Shown here one piece after another: positions 1 to 14,500 of a stretch of 64,000 nt of DNA. Source of the stretch: Octopus vulgaris (taxonomy: Eukaryota); assembly GCA_951406725.2 (NCBI GenBank), contig OX597817.1:48484001-48548000 (forward strand). Reading direction: 5' to 3'. Each line of letters begins with the position of its first letter. The first letter of the stretch is position 1. A model generated the notes under the pieces. The model did no database searches. It was not told the origin of the DNA and was given only the letters and a program-made list of their open reading frames with translations. The position numbers and the translations under genes were made by a program.

Positions 1-350
1 GACGAAACGTACGAATAAACAAACAATTAAAATATATACAATTAAATGAGAATGAGTGATTTACAAAAAATGAAACGGAGGATGCGGGTGACCCCACAAA
101 CCACATACTCACACTGAAGACTTTGCTTTCTCCTTTTTTATATTCTCGCTTAATTGAGTGAGTGAGTGAGTGAGTGAAGGTGTGTTCTCATGTATGTATT
201 TTTTTGCATGTATGTCTAAGTGGCATTCATTCTCACTCTGATACACACACAGACACACACGCACAAACACACACACAGACACACACGCACACATACGTAC
301 AAAGATATGTGTGTACATGTATTTATGTATGCACGTGTATATGAAAGATA

Positions 351-540
351 TATTTCTTTACTGCCCACAAAGGGCTAAACATAGAAGGGCCAAACAAGGA
401 CAGACAAAGGGATTAATTCGATTACATCGACACCAGTGCGAAACTGGTACCTTATTTATCGACCCCGAAAGGATGAAAGGCAAAGTCGATCACGGCGGAA
501 TTTGAACTCAGAACGTAACGACAGACGAAATACTGCTAAG
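351..540 (-). mobile_element. SINE family A, 5'-truncated
   Basis: Reverse complement of the family A consensus. Confidence 0.85.
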
Positions 541-764
541 ATAATGGTTGCAGGCTGGCCCTTTGAAATACAGGTACAACTGACTTTTGTCCGGATTCAT
601 TTGAATGAAGTTATTTTAATATTCAGGGCACTGGGTTTGTCATAAACTCGTTTATGTTTGCTTAGGGACAATAATTTTCTTACATTCATTCGTTTGACGA
701 AACGTTAAACGAATGACGTTTGATAACGTCATTTACATACATAAAAAATTAGTAAAGGAAGAGC

Positions 765-1385
765 CGCAGGCGTGGCTGTGAGGTAAGAAGCTTGCTTTAC
801 AACTACATGGCTCCGGGTTCAGTCCCACTGCGTGGCAACTTTTTTTCAGAATTTTTTTCTTTTTTTTTCAAAATATGCGGAAAAACACGGAGATTATGAT
901 TTTGAAACAAAAATTTTCCGAAACTTTTGTAGTTAGGGTTAGGGTTAGGATTTTAGGGTTACGGTTACAGTTAAGGAAAAAAGTGAAAAATGAAGAAATT
1001 GGGGGTGGGGTAGGGTTAGGGGAAGCGGGTAGCAAAAATTTTAAAATGCAATTTTCCGAAATCTCCATATCCGAAAACGGGGGTTTTAGCAAAAACGAAA
1101 AAAAAAAAAAAAAATTATAATTTGTGAGAAAATGGTGGTAGGGAGAAAGTCTTTCCATATATATGTATGTATGCTTGCGTGTCTGTGTTTCTACTCCCAC
1201 CATCGCTTGACAACCGATGTTAGTGCGTTTACGTCCTCGTAATTAATGGTACGGAAAAAGAGACGATAGAATAAGTACTAGGCATACAAAGAATATGTCC
1301 TGGGGTTGATTTGTTCGACTATAGGGTGGGGCTCCAGCATAGCCGCAGTCAAATGACTGAATCAAGTAAAAGAGTTATAGAGTAA
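765..1385 (+). mobile_element. SINE family B split by a TTAGGG-containing insert (~840-1145)
   Basis: Head at 765-838, tail at 1165-1385. Confidence 0.7.
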
Positions 1386-1675
1386 AGGACTAAAAATTCT
1401 ATATTAGAAAGATCAAACTTGAACATAGTTGTGCTTTTAATATGTTTTACGAGGAATTTTTTCCCTATCTACATTAGAGAGAAAGAAGAAAGAACGAAAG
1501 AAAGGAGAAAGAAAGAAAGAGAGGGAGGGGAGAGACAGTCAGGAGGGAGAGAGTGAGAGAGATACAGAGAGAGAATGGGAGAGGGGAATACACATGCAAT
1601 GTACTTGTGTTAATAAAGATATGGATGATTAAATGTCAACAGAAGACTATATACATACATACATATATATATGTA

Positions 1676-2097
1676 TACTCTTTTACTCTTTTACTTGTTT
1701 CAGTCATTTGACTGCGGCCATGCTGGAGCACCGCCTTTTAGTCGAGCAAATCGACCCCGGGACTTATTCTTTGTAAGCCCAGTACTTATTCTATCGGTCT
1801 CTTTTGCCGAACCGCTAAGTGACGGGGACGTAAACACACCAGCATCGGCTGTCAAGCAATGCTAGGGGGACAAACATAGACACACAAACACACACACACA
1901 CACATACATACATATACATATATGCGACAGGCTTCTTTCAGTTTCCGTCTACCAAATCCACTCACAAGGCATTGGTCGCCCGGGGCTATAGCAGAAGATG
2001 CCACGCAGTGGGACTGAACCCGGAACCATGTGGTTGGTTAGCAAGCTACTTACTACACAGCCACTCCTGCGCCTATTGTATATATATGTATGTATTT

Positions 2098-2131
<34 letters not shown>

Positions 2132-2184
2132 TTATATATATATATATGTATGTATGTATATATATATATATATATGTACGTATA

Positions 2185-2251
<67 letters not shown>

Positions 2252-2632
2252 GTATGTATATATATATGTAGGAGGATTGAGCATGCATATGTGTGTGCGC
2301 GAGTGTGTTTTTATATGCATATGTACATGTATGTGTGCATATATACATTAATTACCATATATGTATGTATGAGCATGTATATATTTCATATATATGAGAC
2401 CGAAGTGTACGTACGCCGCTATATATACTCTTTTTTCTTTTACTTGTTTCAGTCATTTGACTGCGGCCATGCTGGAGCACCGCCTTTAGTCGAGCAAATC
2501 GACCCCAGGACTTATTCTTTGTAAGCCTAGTACTTATTCAATCGGTATCTTTTTACGGGGACGTAAACTCACCAGCATCGCATATCAAGCGATGTTGGGG
2601 GGACCAACACAGACATACAAACACATACACAC

Positions 2633-2663
<31 letters not shown>

Positions 2664-2838
2664 CACTTATACACATATATACGACGAGCTTCTTTCAGTT
2701 TCCGTCTACCAAATCCACTCACAAGGCTTTGGTCGGCCTGAGGCTATAGTCGAAGACACTTGCCCAAGGTGTCACGATGTGGGACTGAACCCGGTACCAT
2801 GTGGTTGGTAAGCAAGCTACTTACCACACAGCCACTCC
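1676..2838 (-). mobile_element. Two SINE family B copies (1676-2074, 2430-2838)
   Basis: Reverse-complement family matches. Confidence 0.85.
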
Positions 2839-3013
2839 TATATAAAAAATACAAAATGGGGCAAGAACGCAAAACATCCAGACGATTAGGTAACACATCT
2901 GGATGTTTTGTAGTCCTTTTTTGTATCACCTAATTGTCTGGATGTTTTGCCTTTCTTGTCCCATTTTGTATTTTTTATATATATTTCACACACACACACA
3001 CACATTTATATAT

Positions 3014-3044
<31 letters not shown>

Positions 3045-3599
3045 GAGGCACAATGGCCCAGTGGTTAGGGCAGTGGACTCGCGGTCGTAGAATCGCTGTT
3101 TCGATTCCCCAGATCGGCCGTTGTGAGTGTTTATTGAGCGAAAACACCTAAAGCACCACGAATTTCCGGTAGGGGGTGGTGGGGGTGGGGAATCCTGCTG
3201 TACCCTTTCACCACAACTTTCTCTCACTCTGTTTTCCAGTTTCTGTTGTACCTGTATTTCAAAGAGGACCAACCTTGTCACAATCTGTGTCACGCTGAAT
3301 TCCCCACCCCGCGAGAACTAAGTTAAGGGTACACGTGTCTGTGGAGTGCTCAGCCACTTGCACGTTAATTTCACGAGCAGGCTGTTCCGTTGATCGGATC
3401 AACCGAAACCCTTGTCGTAATCGACGGAGAGTCACGATATATATATCAAACTTAGATATATTTCGACCAAAGATTGGTTCAGGTTAATCTTTGGTCTAAC
3501 CCTAACCCTAACCACCTGATAGGATTATCTAAATTCTTTTGAAGTCAAGTTTTGTGGTATCATGGTCCACTGAAAAAAGTCTTCCCACCATGCAAAATC

Positions 3600-3785
3600 C
3601 CCATGAACACATTGAATGAGCTATAGCCAGGTATAGGTGGCTAATCTGGTATTCCCTGAAGAAATTTGTCCAGATTCTGTTTAAAAGTGATGGGATCCTT
3701 TTCCCCTTAGATCTGTTTTGGGACAATGTTAAATGGGGCAGGGCCTGTTGAGGTAAAGAAATTGTGTTGCAGTGTATTTATGCAG
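3600..3785 (-). mobile_element. CR1-like LINE ORF2 C-terminal relic
   Basis: HNFFTSTGPAPFNIVPKQI*GEKDPITFKQNLDKFLQGIPD*PPIPGY. Confidence 0.7.
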
Positions 3786-3986
3786 TGTGTGTGTGTGTGT
3801 GTGTGTATGTATGTGTGCGTGTGTGTGCGTGTGTGTGTGCGTGTGCGTGTGTGTGTGTATAAAATTAAATAAAGAGGGTAGAAATTGATATTAATCAATT
3901 AAAACCAGTGGCTTAGCATATGTAAAAATCCGAAGATTAACAATTATATTACAAACAAAATTAAGAGGTCATTCCTCTCAATTTTG

Positions 3987-4069
<83 letters not shown>

Positions 4070-4358
4070 AGGAAGTGGAGCACATATGTATGTATTTATG
4101 ATATGAAATTATAAATATACGGGCATGTATGCGCAATGAATACATGCATACATAAATGCACGCCTATATGTAAACATACATAAAAAATCGCAATGTGATC
4201 ACTGGATATGCTAGATATAACAGCCAAATCCCTATTCTACAGTCTATCGTCTTAACACGGAATTGTGTTGTAGTGGCTAAAGTTTATATGAATATAAAAT
4301 TGGATGGGCATGGCTAGAACGACTATGATCATAGATTTTCATAATCAGGATTGAGCTA

Positions 4359-4490
<132 letters not shown>

Positions 4491-4972
4491 TATATATATC
4501 ATATAGAGGGCATTATTATACATAAATGCCACATGCTAGGAGGGACTCTAAAAGTTAAAACTACCAAAATAAATACTTATTTATTTTGGTAGTTTTGACT
4601 TTAAGTGTCCCTCCTAGCGTGTGGCATTTATGTATAGTAATGCCCTCTATATATTATAAATAAATATATTTAAGAGAAAAATTGGTGGAATTTTTTTCTC
4701 TTATGAGGTTTTTCACGCTAACTACTTGATAAATTCTTATAAAGATTTTATCCTATTTTAAAATTATATAAATATATATATAACATAAAGCGCATGTATC
4801 TACTATATCCATAAGGCTATGTGTATGTGTGTGCATCTGTGTGTGCGCCTGCATGTGTATATGGTATTTATAGTGAAAAGATTAATTGTGACTTCGAAGT
4901 TTTCGCTTAGTTACGTTAGTCAGACTATTCATAGGTATAGAGAGATCCTTTACGTATTTGACTGTTTTCCTA

Positions 4973-5039
<67 letters not shown>

Positions 5040-5455
5040 ATTTATGCATGTATACATATACGACTGTGTATGCATATATATATATATATATATATATATG
5101 AAGTTAATCCAAACAAAAAAACACAGCAACGCAGGACGTGGAACAATTAAAGTATTATTGACGCTCAGGAAAGAAGGGAAGGAGGGTTTAACGTTTCGAG
5201 CGGAGCTCTTCGTCGGAAACAAGAAGGAAAGATCCCAAGGAGGGAAGACAGAGGAGAAAATATTTGAGCTGGTGGTGCTTAAGAGATCACATGTTGAATA
5301 TATATATATATATATATTTATATGCGTATATGAATAACATATAGTAAATCCCGCCCCTCCCACCAAAACAAAAAACGAAGAACAAACACAAGAAAAAAAA
5401 CAACAACGCGAGGATGTGGTACATGCAAAATATTAGCAGACGCTCAGGGAAGGAA

Positions 5456-5507
<52 letters not shown>

Positions 5508-5852
5508 CTTACAATATATAAGCGTCACTTGAAGAAGAATATTCTAATTTTAAGGCAGTGTATGTGTATATATTTATATATATATACACATAACATTATA
5601 TTAAAAGCTATTACTACACATAAATGCCTTAAGCTGTAAGGGACTCCTAAAGTCAAAACTACTTTAATAAGTAGTTTTGACTTTGAGAGTCCCTTACAGC
5701 GTGAGGCATTTAAGTGTAGTAACAACCCTTAATATACTGAATGCATTTGTACTTAAAGAGAACAATTATATATCTTGTATAACTTTTACCCTCAAGTAGT
5801 TTTTCATGATGGCTACTTTATAATAAATTCTTATATAGATTTAATCCTTATA

Positions 5853-5918
<66 letters not shown>

Positions 5919-7073
5919 TAGACAGAAACTGAAAGAAGCCTGTCGTATATATATAAATATACATATATGTATGTGGGGGGTGTGTCTGTGTGTCATTGTT
6001 ATTGTGTTTGTCACCCCAATATCGCGATGCTGGTGCGTTTACGTCCTTGTAACTTAGCGGTTCGGCCTAAATAACCGATAGAATAAGTACTAGGCTTACA
6101 AAGAATAGGTCCTGGGGTTGCTTTGCTCGACTAAAGGCGGTGCTCCGACATGGCCGCAGTCAAATAAAACATATATATATATATATATATATATGGATGT
6201 ATGTATGTATGTACACGCACACACACAGTAATATTAATAATACACACAATAATATTAAATTATAATTACATACAGGTATAATTAAAAAATAACTTACCCG
6301 ACTGTGTTCTTTAAAAACCGTAAAAAACGTCGAACCACTGGTGTTGTCTTCTTTGCAAATTAATTGTCGATGTAGTTGATGTTGTTTCTGACGTTTAAAA
6401 ATCTTCTGAGATGAGGAGTAGCTGTGATGTCAAAGCTACAACCCGACCTGGTCGTTTGGTCGTCTGCTCAGAAAATAAAAAAAAATCCAAGCACGATAGT
6501 AAGCAACAAGTTCGTGTAAATCCCTTAGGGAGAAGTAAAAAGTCAAATTTTATAAGGAACGTCAATGAAATAATACAAGCGTGTAAGATCGGATGACGAG
6601 AAGAGATATTAGGAAAATTATACAGAAATTAAGTATAACGTGTGTCGAAAGAATTTAGAATAGTGTGAGTTGAGAAAGTTTAAATGAGGGCTTAGAGTCA
6701 GAATATCGGTCGGTTAGTGGTGGTTGGTGATGACAGATAAATAAGAGGGAGGTGCAAGGAGAAATATATAGTGACTGATACGAGTGAGAGAAACTGCTAT
6801 TGAAAGGACAAGACAGTGGAAATTGAAGCAGGCTTAGTGTGATATTTGTAACTTAACTAGGTCTCTGCTCTGCTTTGTAAGTTAATAAAATATAACTTAC
6901 AAACACATGCGTACATAAATGCATATATTGCATGCGTGCATACATACATATATATACAAAGATACATTCATACATATATACATACATACACACATACATA
7001 CATACAAAGATACATTCATACATATATACATACATACAAAGATACATTCATACATATATACATACATACAAAG

Positions 7074-7104
<31 letters not shown>

Positions 7105-7284
7105 TACATTCATACATACTTGCGTATATACATACACAAATATGTACAAATATATACTCTTTTACATACATACATACATACATACATACAAAGATACATA
7201 CATGTATATATATACCTTCATACATACATGCGTATATACATGCACAAATATATACACAAATATACATACATACTCTTTTGCTCT

Positions 7285-7316
<32 letters not shown>

Positions 7317-7358
7317 CATACATACATACATACAAACATACATACATACATACATACA

Positions 7359-7389
<31 letters not shown>

Positions 7390-7765
7390 GTATACATTCA
7401 TACATACATGCATATATACATGTATAAACAAATATACATACATACATACTCTTTTGCTCTTTTACTCTTTTACTCTTTTACTTGTTTTACTCGTTTGACT
7501 GCGGCCATGCTGGAGCACCGCCTTTTAGTCGAGCAAAGCGACCTCAGGACTTATTCTTTGTAAGCCTAGTACTTATTCTATCGGTGACTTAGGCCGAACC
7601 TCTAAGTTACGAGGACGTAAACGCACCAGCATCGCGATATTGGGGTGACAAACACAGACACACACCCACTTATATATTTATATATATACGACAGGCTTCT
7701 TTCAGTTTCCGTCTACCAAATCCATTCACAAGGCTTTGGTCGGCCCGAGGCTATAGTAGAAGATA

Positions 7766-8010
7766 CCGTTTGTCTGTCCTTGTTTGTCCCCTTTGTGTGT
7801 AGCCCCTTGTGGGTAGTAAAGAAATAGGTATTTCGTCTGCCGTTATGTTCTGAGTTCAAATTCCGCCGAGGTCGACTTTGCCTTTCATCCTTTTGGGGGT
7901 CGATAAATTAAGTACTAGTTACGCACTGGTGTCGATGTAATCGACATAATCCGTTTGTCTGTCCTTGTTTGTCGTCTCTATGTTTAGCCCCTTGTGGGTA
8001 GTAAAGAAAT
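7766..8010 (+). mobile_element. SINE family A tandem fragments
   Basis: A tail joined at ggtatttcg to a second body. Confidence 0.85.
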
Positions 8011-8642
8011 ATATAGTACCTAGAAGAATTATGAAGAGTGTTAAGAACCATGCATTTGTAAACAACATTAAACCTTCTGCAATGGGTTTGCAGAGAGCAT
8101 TCATTCCTAGATTTGAATTTGCAACTAAGTTTATCTGGTCCATAGGAGTTTGCTGTAGGTGGATTGTATACCGTGCTATGTTATCACTACTAGGTATAAC
8201 ATTGGTACCTATAATGTGTTGATTAATAAATGAGATCATGGATATTTTAGATTCCTGAGAAATATTAAAGGTAGTAGTATTCCGATGGTTTGTCCCTGAA
8301 GGTCCATTACAGTAGCTGGTGCTCGAGACATTGTTGCTAACCTTCCGAAGCGCCTCCCCCTATTGGAAGTTTTATTTGTTATATTTTTCGTTATTATTTT
8401 GAATGTTTACACGGACCTTTCTTTCGGACAAACCCTTTGTAATTTTCGTCCAGTGTTTTTGTCCTTACATGTTTCTTGATTTACGTTACCCCTTGTGGCC
8501 AATAAACCAGAATTAATTATTATTTGTATTATTATTATTATTATTTGATTTTTTATTACCCACAAAGGGCTATACACAGAATATTTTTATTATTGTTATC
8601 ATTATTTGATTTTTTATTACCCACAAAAGGCTATACACAGAA

Positions 8643-8687
<45 letters not shown>

Positions 8688-8689
<2 letters not shown>

Positions 8690-9473
8690 GTGAGAGAGCA
8701 GCGCATGCTATCAAAGTGACACTGGGGTACAAATATAGAAAGCCCAATAAACCCACCATGACTACCCGCCTGATAAGGGTACACCAGGCACATGCATCAT
8801 AACCATATGTGCGCTACATGGTGATCTCATATCAAGATAAACAGCACATGACCTTGCAGGTGGGGCCCAGTTAGAACTTTCTTCTGGTCGAGTAGCCCTT
8901 CCCGCTCAAAAGGTCCCTGAATAAGGGTTGTTTAAGGATGTTGAACGAAACACACATGTTTCCAGAGGTGAATTATTCAAACCCCAAAGAATCCCTCTCA
9001 ACACACGGCTATGATGCTCCCCCAACAACTACTGCTCATGATCAAAGATGCACATATCGTCAACCACTAAGGGACATGCTCAACTGGTTAAGGTCAAACA
9101 ACTGACAAGCAAATCTGTGGTATTGAGCAGAATATTTACTGTTGGCCATATTTTATACCGAGACAAAACAATGTATATGATGACACTTCCAATCAGTTAA
9201 GATCAGAAGCCATGAGAGCCACTGGCTGGTACTGCGTCAGGGCATGCGTGACCTTGCAGGTGAGGCTCAGTTAGAATTCTCTTCAGGTCGAGTAGCCCAT
9301 TCCGCTCAAAAGGTCCCTGAATAAGGGTTGTTTAAGGATGTTGAACGAAACATCCATGTTTCCAGAGGTGAATTATTCAAACCCCTCTCAACACACGGCT
9401 ATGATGCTCCCCCAACTACTTCTGCTCATGATCAAAGATGCACATATCGTCAGCCAGTAAGGGGCATGCTCAA
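8688..9473. repeat. Non-coding interspersed element abutting (TTA)n, with internal ~230-bp direct duplication
   Basis: 8849-9083 recurs at 9249-9473 with scattered substitutions. Confidence 0.65.
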
Positions 9474-10189
9474 TATAGTTCTCGTTAATGGTAGTATTAG
9501 GGTTATTGTTGTATTTTCTGCTACTGGGGTTAGTATTAGTATTACTATTACTCCTACTGTTATAATCAATATTCACGATTGTCAGATCATGGGTTCGATT
9601 CCAAGATCGGGCGGTGTGTTGCGTTCTTGAGCGAAACAATTTATTTCAATTGCTCCAGTCCACTCGACTGTAAATGTGTAACCCTGCGACGAACTAGCTA
9701 TCCGATCCGGGATAATGTTGACTTGTTCGCCTAGCCAGTGGGGTGGCATCGTTCGGAAGTTAAAACGATGGAAAACGCATTGTGACCAGCGATGTACAGC
9801 AACATCCGATAGTGTGGCCGATCGCGCGATCACATGATAAGAATATATAGGTTTAAATGGCAGAAACATTTATTAATTAATTTTAAAATGACATGAAATT
9901 TTCTCAAGGATGCGATCTGCATGAAATAGGAGTGAGACGAAGCTTCACTGATAAGGCCTTATAAGACCGAAACATATCCAGGCTGGTCAGTGTACTTTCC
10001 AGAAACCAGATTTACACCACACTGTATACCCATTTAAATTTTTAATCAGTTTGCATATCCGAATTATGGCCCTTGCTTTTGACATTAACAAATTTTTTTT
10101 TTTTTTCATTAGGGATGTTATTTTGCTTAATCAATTTTGGGAACTTACACCGTTTAGTAACCTAACCGCACCACTGAAGTACATATTCT

Positions 10190-10427
10190 TATTTCTTTAT
10201 TGCCCACAAAGGGCTAAACACAGAGGGGACAAACAAGGACAGACAAACGGTTTAAGTCGATTACATCAACCCCCCCCCAGTGCGTAACTGGTACTTAATG
10301 TATCGATCCCGAAAGGATGAAAGGCAAAGTCGATCACGGCGGAATTTGAACTCAGAACGTAGCGGCAGACGAAATACTGCTAAGCATTTCGCCCGGCATG
10401 CTAACGTTTCTGCCAGGTCGCCGCCTT
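10190..10427 (-). mobile_element. SINE family A
   Basis: Full-length match to the family. Confidence 0.85.
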
Positions 10428-11709
10428 ATATCAAATTGTTTGTTCCTTCTCGAGCCATACCTGACTCATAAGGGCCGGTTTCCCGGTTTCCTTGGCGTAT
10501 AGGTTCCCCACCTTGACGGGACGCCGGTCCGTCGCAGGTGAGCTGCAAGATGCAGGAGGAAAAAGTGAGAGAAAGTTGTGGCGAAAGAGTCAGCAGAAGT
10601 TCGCCATTACCTTCTGCCGGAGCCGCGTGGAGCTTAGGTGTTTCGCTCATAAACACACACATCGCCCGGTCTGAGATTCGAGCCCGCTGCTCTAACCACT
10701 ATGCCATGTGCCACCACTATATCAAATTGTAACATTTCAAAAAGAAATTATTCGCGAATTAAACCAAGGCAAAATAACTGAAAGTGCAACAAACATAGGT
10801 AGGTACTGTTATGTCATTTGTATTAGGTGTTATGCTGAGATTTATTAAAACCAATTAAATTTTTGCATATATAAAAAAAAGAGATGTTTTGCGTATTATT
10901 CCCACTAACAAACCAACATAGTTGATTAGGTAACCTTATAAGATATGAAATCTCTTCAGTTTCCTGAAAATTAAATTCTCGGAGTACTTATATAGAAACG
11001 GGACTCCCTACAGAAACCTCATAGGTTTCATCAAGCGATCAATAATAGCAGTTCAATAATTTCTAACCTGTCGTTGAATTAAAAAATCTTCGAATCTATG
11101 CAACCTCCCATACAATAAGGTACTAAAAATTAAGGAATCCATGCATTCGCCTATGAAAAATGTTTATGAAAATAAAATCTTGTGGAAGTTCTTGCAATGA
11201 ACTTGTGAAAGCACGGTGCATAAAAACTAGAAACATATATACTTGTATTCACCGTAATAAATGGTACCAAAAGACGCTATTATGTTATCTTGTTCACACA
11301 TCCCTTCTTCTTAAATGTTAAGTCTAAAAATTGATAAAAGATTCTTAGCTCTAGCAAATTATCGTTCCCCCATTAATATCTGATAAAAATTATTGAATAA
11401 TAACAACTTCAAAATAAGTTATAGCCGTATCACTAATATGAAGGGTTAATAACCAAAGAACTAAATAAGATCTGTCTAACTGCATATGCAAATATACACA
11501 ATTCATGCCCCCACCTTGACCAATCATTTAACTCAGTTTACGAGGTTGAAGACATCGTCACCAAACCAGACATAAACATAATACGTAAATATCATGTAGC
11601 ATAGTGAAGGTAGATTCACGAATTGATACTTCAACCTCATTTCCCAGGAAATATAAGAATGCTGAAAAATATTAAATTACATCTAGAATTTTAAAAAAAC
11701 ATGTTAATA

Positions 11710-12205
11710 TTGGGTTGTCCGGAAAGTTCGTGCCGATTTTTAAAGGAAAGAAAAAGGTCAATAAATACTTGCCGTTGCCCAAGCTTTACCAGGTGCTCAT
11801 GAACGACGGATTTTGATAGGTTGAGGCTTTCTGCCAATTCTCGGGTTGTGCAATGTGGGTTATTCTCAATTAATGACTTGATTTGGTCATCATCTGTAGC
11901 GGATGGTCTGCCCGATCGCTCTTTATCAATAAGGTTACAATCTCTAGCTCGGAACCTTGTGAACCACTTTCGTACAATTCTTTCAAGCATCTAGTGCCGA
12001 AAATGAACTTTCTTCTCTTCCATTTTAAAGTGTTACATAATTAACACAGGTTATAGGAACATAAACCTTCTTCCATGAAAAGATAGCTTAAACTGTGTTC
12101 TAAATGGAGGTGTAGTCAAATCCTATTTTATGGGCTCAAACATGTTCTAAAATAAGTCGAAAGGTAAGCTACTATAAATCGGCACGAACTTTCCAGACAA
12201 GCCAA
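11710..12205 (-). mobile_element. Internally deleted mariner element
   Basis: TIRs ttgggttgtccggaaagttcgtgccgattt / aaatcggcacgaactttccagacaagccaa with TA TSDs; HTH peptide RKWFTRFR...RSGRPS...TTRELAESL...HLVKLG. A solo TIR occurs again at 37181-37229. Confidence 0.9.
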
Positions 12206-12644
12206 TACATTTAATATAAAATGGGAGACCTTCGATATGTACATATTACATAGGAAATGGTACAAAAACTAGTAGGTTATGCACAACTGAAAAGAGCGTC
12301 ACACTCAATAACCTTAACAAATCCTCATACTATCTAAATATGAGATCTAAGTTCTTCATCAAATTTAGCCACTTTGATAATTATAGGGTGAAGACTACAC
12401 TTCCACTTCTTTGAAGTAATCAACACTTTGCTTTGGTGTTTCGCTCATAAACACACACATCGCCCGGTTTGAGATTCGAACCCGCGATTCCTCGACCGCG
12501 AGTCCGCTACTCTAACCACTAGGCCATGTGCTTCCACATGGATATACTATGGCGTGACCGGAGACATTTGTTAAGCCTACCAAAGATACTGTTAGACACT
12601 ACATACATACATACATACATACATACATAATACATACATACATT

Positions 12645-12849
12645 CGAGGGGGTGCTGAAAAGTTCCTGGCTTTGGGTAAAAGAAAATACAAGATCAGTTA
12701 ATTATCCAACATATTCCTCTCTCAGATTCACCCACTTATTGCAGCGGTCCTTCAGTTTTTCTAAGACCTCTAAAAGTACTCGGAAGGCTGGTCTTCCAAC
12801 CAGGCCTTTCGTGACACCCTTAAAGCCAGGAACCTTTTAGCATCCCTCG
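12645..12849 (+). mobile_element. Mariner-type MITE
   Basis: TIRs cgagggggtgctgaaaagttcctggcttt / aaagccaggaaccttttagcatccctcg|ta; a related end lies at 37300-37415. Confidence 0.75.
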
Positions 12850-13898
12850 TATATGTATGTATGTATTTATATTTATATAAGTACTTGTGTGCGAATGTGA
12901 GTGTGTACAAGTATAAAGGCACATGGATATATGTATACATGTGTGCAAGTGTACTTCTACATGTTTTCGTGTATCATTGTATTTAGTTGCATACTTGAGC
13001 ACATATGCATTCTTTTGTGCGAGCTTATATGTGTTACACCCTTTACATACTGTCACAGTATAAGCACAAAGGTGGCTCAATTTTAGCCTATATTTGGCAT
13101 GACGCGTGTGCCCTAAACTTAAATAAACAAAGTACGCTTAGAAAGAGTAAAATCTATTTATATCTCAGTCGTCAACCTTACATAGCTAGATAGGCAGCTA
13201 GGTAGATATGTATTTTTCTATTTACTATAATTTTTTTATTACCTATAAAGGCGATACATAGAAAATGACAACACAATCACGAATGATTTGACGATACAGA
13301 GCAATTGGGGTCAATTAAAAATTTTACATGATTATATAAATTATCGTATGACTAGATATGCACAAGTGACGTTTTTACAAATGGAGTGGGGGCGGGTTTT
13401 ATACGGATCCCACGAACCCCGCCTCACCACTGACCTCAGTTTTTTGGCTTATCTCGCATCCACGAGGGATCTTTTATACGCAACATTCTTCCATCTTTCA
13501 TCAAACACTTTCTTACTCAGGCATCTCCTCTCCAGCCCTATTTGTCTTTTTAGGCGTATTTTTCTATTTACTAATCGCATGCTTTTATGCATTATGCTTT
13601 CATAAGTTCATCGCAGGAAATTTCTCAAGATTTTATTTTTATAAAAATATTTCATAGGCGAATGCAAGTATGTGGTTTTAGGTTCGGTCCCACGGCATGG
13701 CACCTTAGGCAAGTGTCTTCTATAGCCTCGGGTCGATCAATGACTTGTGAATGAATTTGGTAGACAGAAATTGTGGAAAACCGTCTACATGGTTCTGGGT
13801 TCGGTCCCACTGTATTGGCACCTTCAGAAAATGCCTTTTTACTCTAGCCTCGGGCTGATCAAAGTCTTGTGAATGGATTTGGTAGATGGAAAGATATA

Positions 13899-14500
13899 CG
13901 AGGGGATGTTGAAAAGTTCCTTGCTTTAAAGGTATCACGATAGGCCTGGCTGGAGGCCCAACTTTTCGAGTTCTTTTACAGGGTTTAGAAAAACTGAAGG
14001 ATTGCTGAAATAAATGTGTGAATCTGAGAGTGGAATATTCTTTTACTCTTTTACTTGTTTCAGTCATTTTGACTGTGGCCATGCTGGAGCACCGCCTTTA
14101 GTCGAGCAAATCGACCACAGGACTTATTCTTTGCAAGCCTAGTACTTATTCTATCGATTCTTTTGCCGAAACGCTAAGTTACTGGGACGTAAACACACCA
14201 GCATCGGTTGTCAAGCGATGTTGGGGGGACAAACACACACACACAAACATATACACACACATACACACACACATATATACATATATACGACGGGTTCGTT
14301 CAGTTTCCGTCTACCAAATCCACTCACAAGGCTTTGATCGGCCCGAGGCTATAGTAGAAGACACTTGCCCAAGGTGTCACGCAGCGGGACTGAACCCGGA
14401 ACCATGTGGTTCGTAAGCAAGTTACTTTACCACACAGCCATTCCTACGCTGATCCTCCTTTATCTTTTACCCAAAGCCAGGAATTTTCAGCATCCCCTTG
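13899..14500 (-). mobile_element. Same mariner-type MITE, inverted, with a nested SINE-B (14040-14448)
   Basis: ta|cgaggggatgttgaaaagttcc ... aaagccaggaattttcagcatcccc; internal sequence is the reverse complement of 12645-12849. Confidence 0.7.

Noticed and set aside
1972-2524. Long Y/I/C/V/H/T-rich ORFs here and at 6.9, 24, 40-43 and 58 kb
   Set aside because: Translations of stop-free microsatellites.
9150-9245. Possible 5' HDV-like ribozyme at the end of the (TTA)n-associated element
   Set aside because: I could not assemble the nested double pseudoknot by eye.
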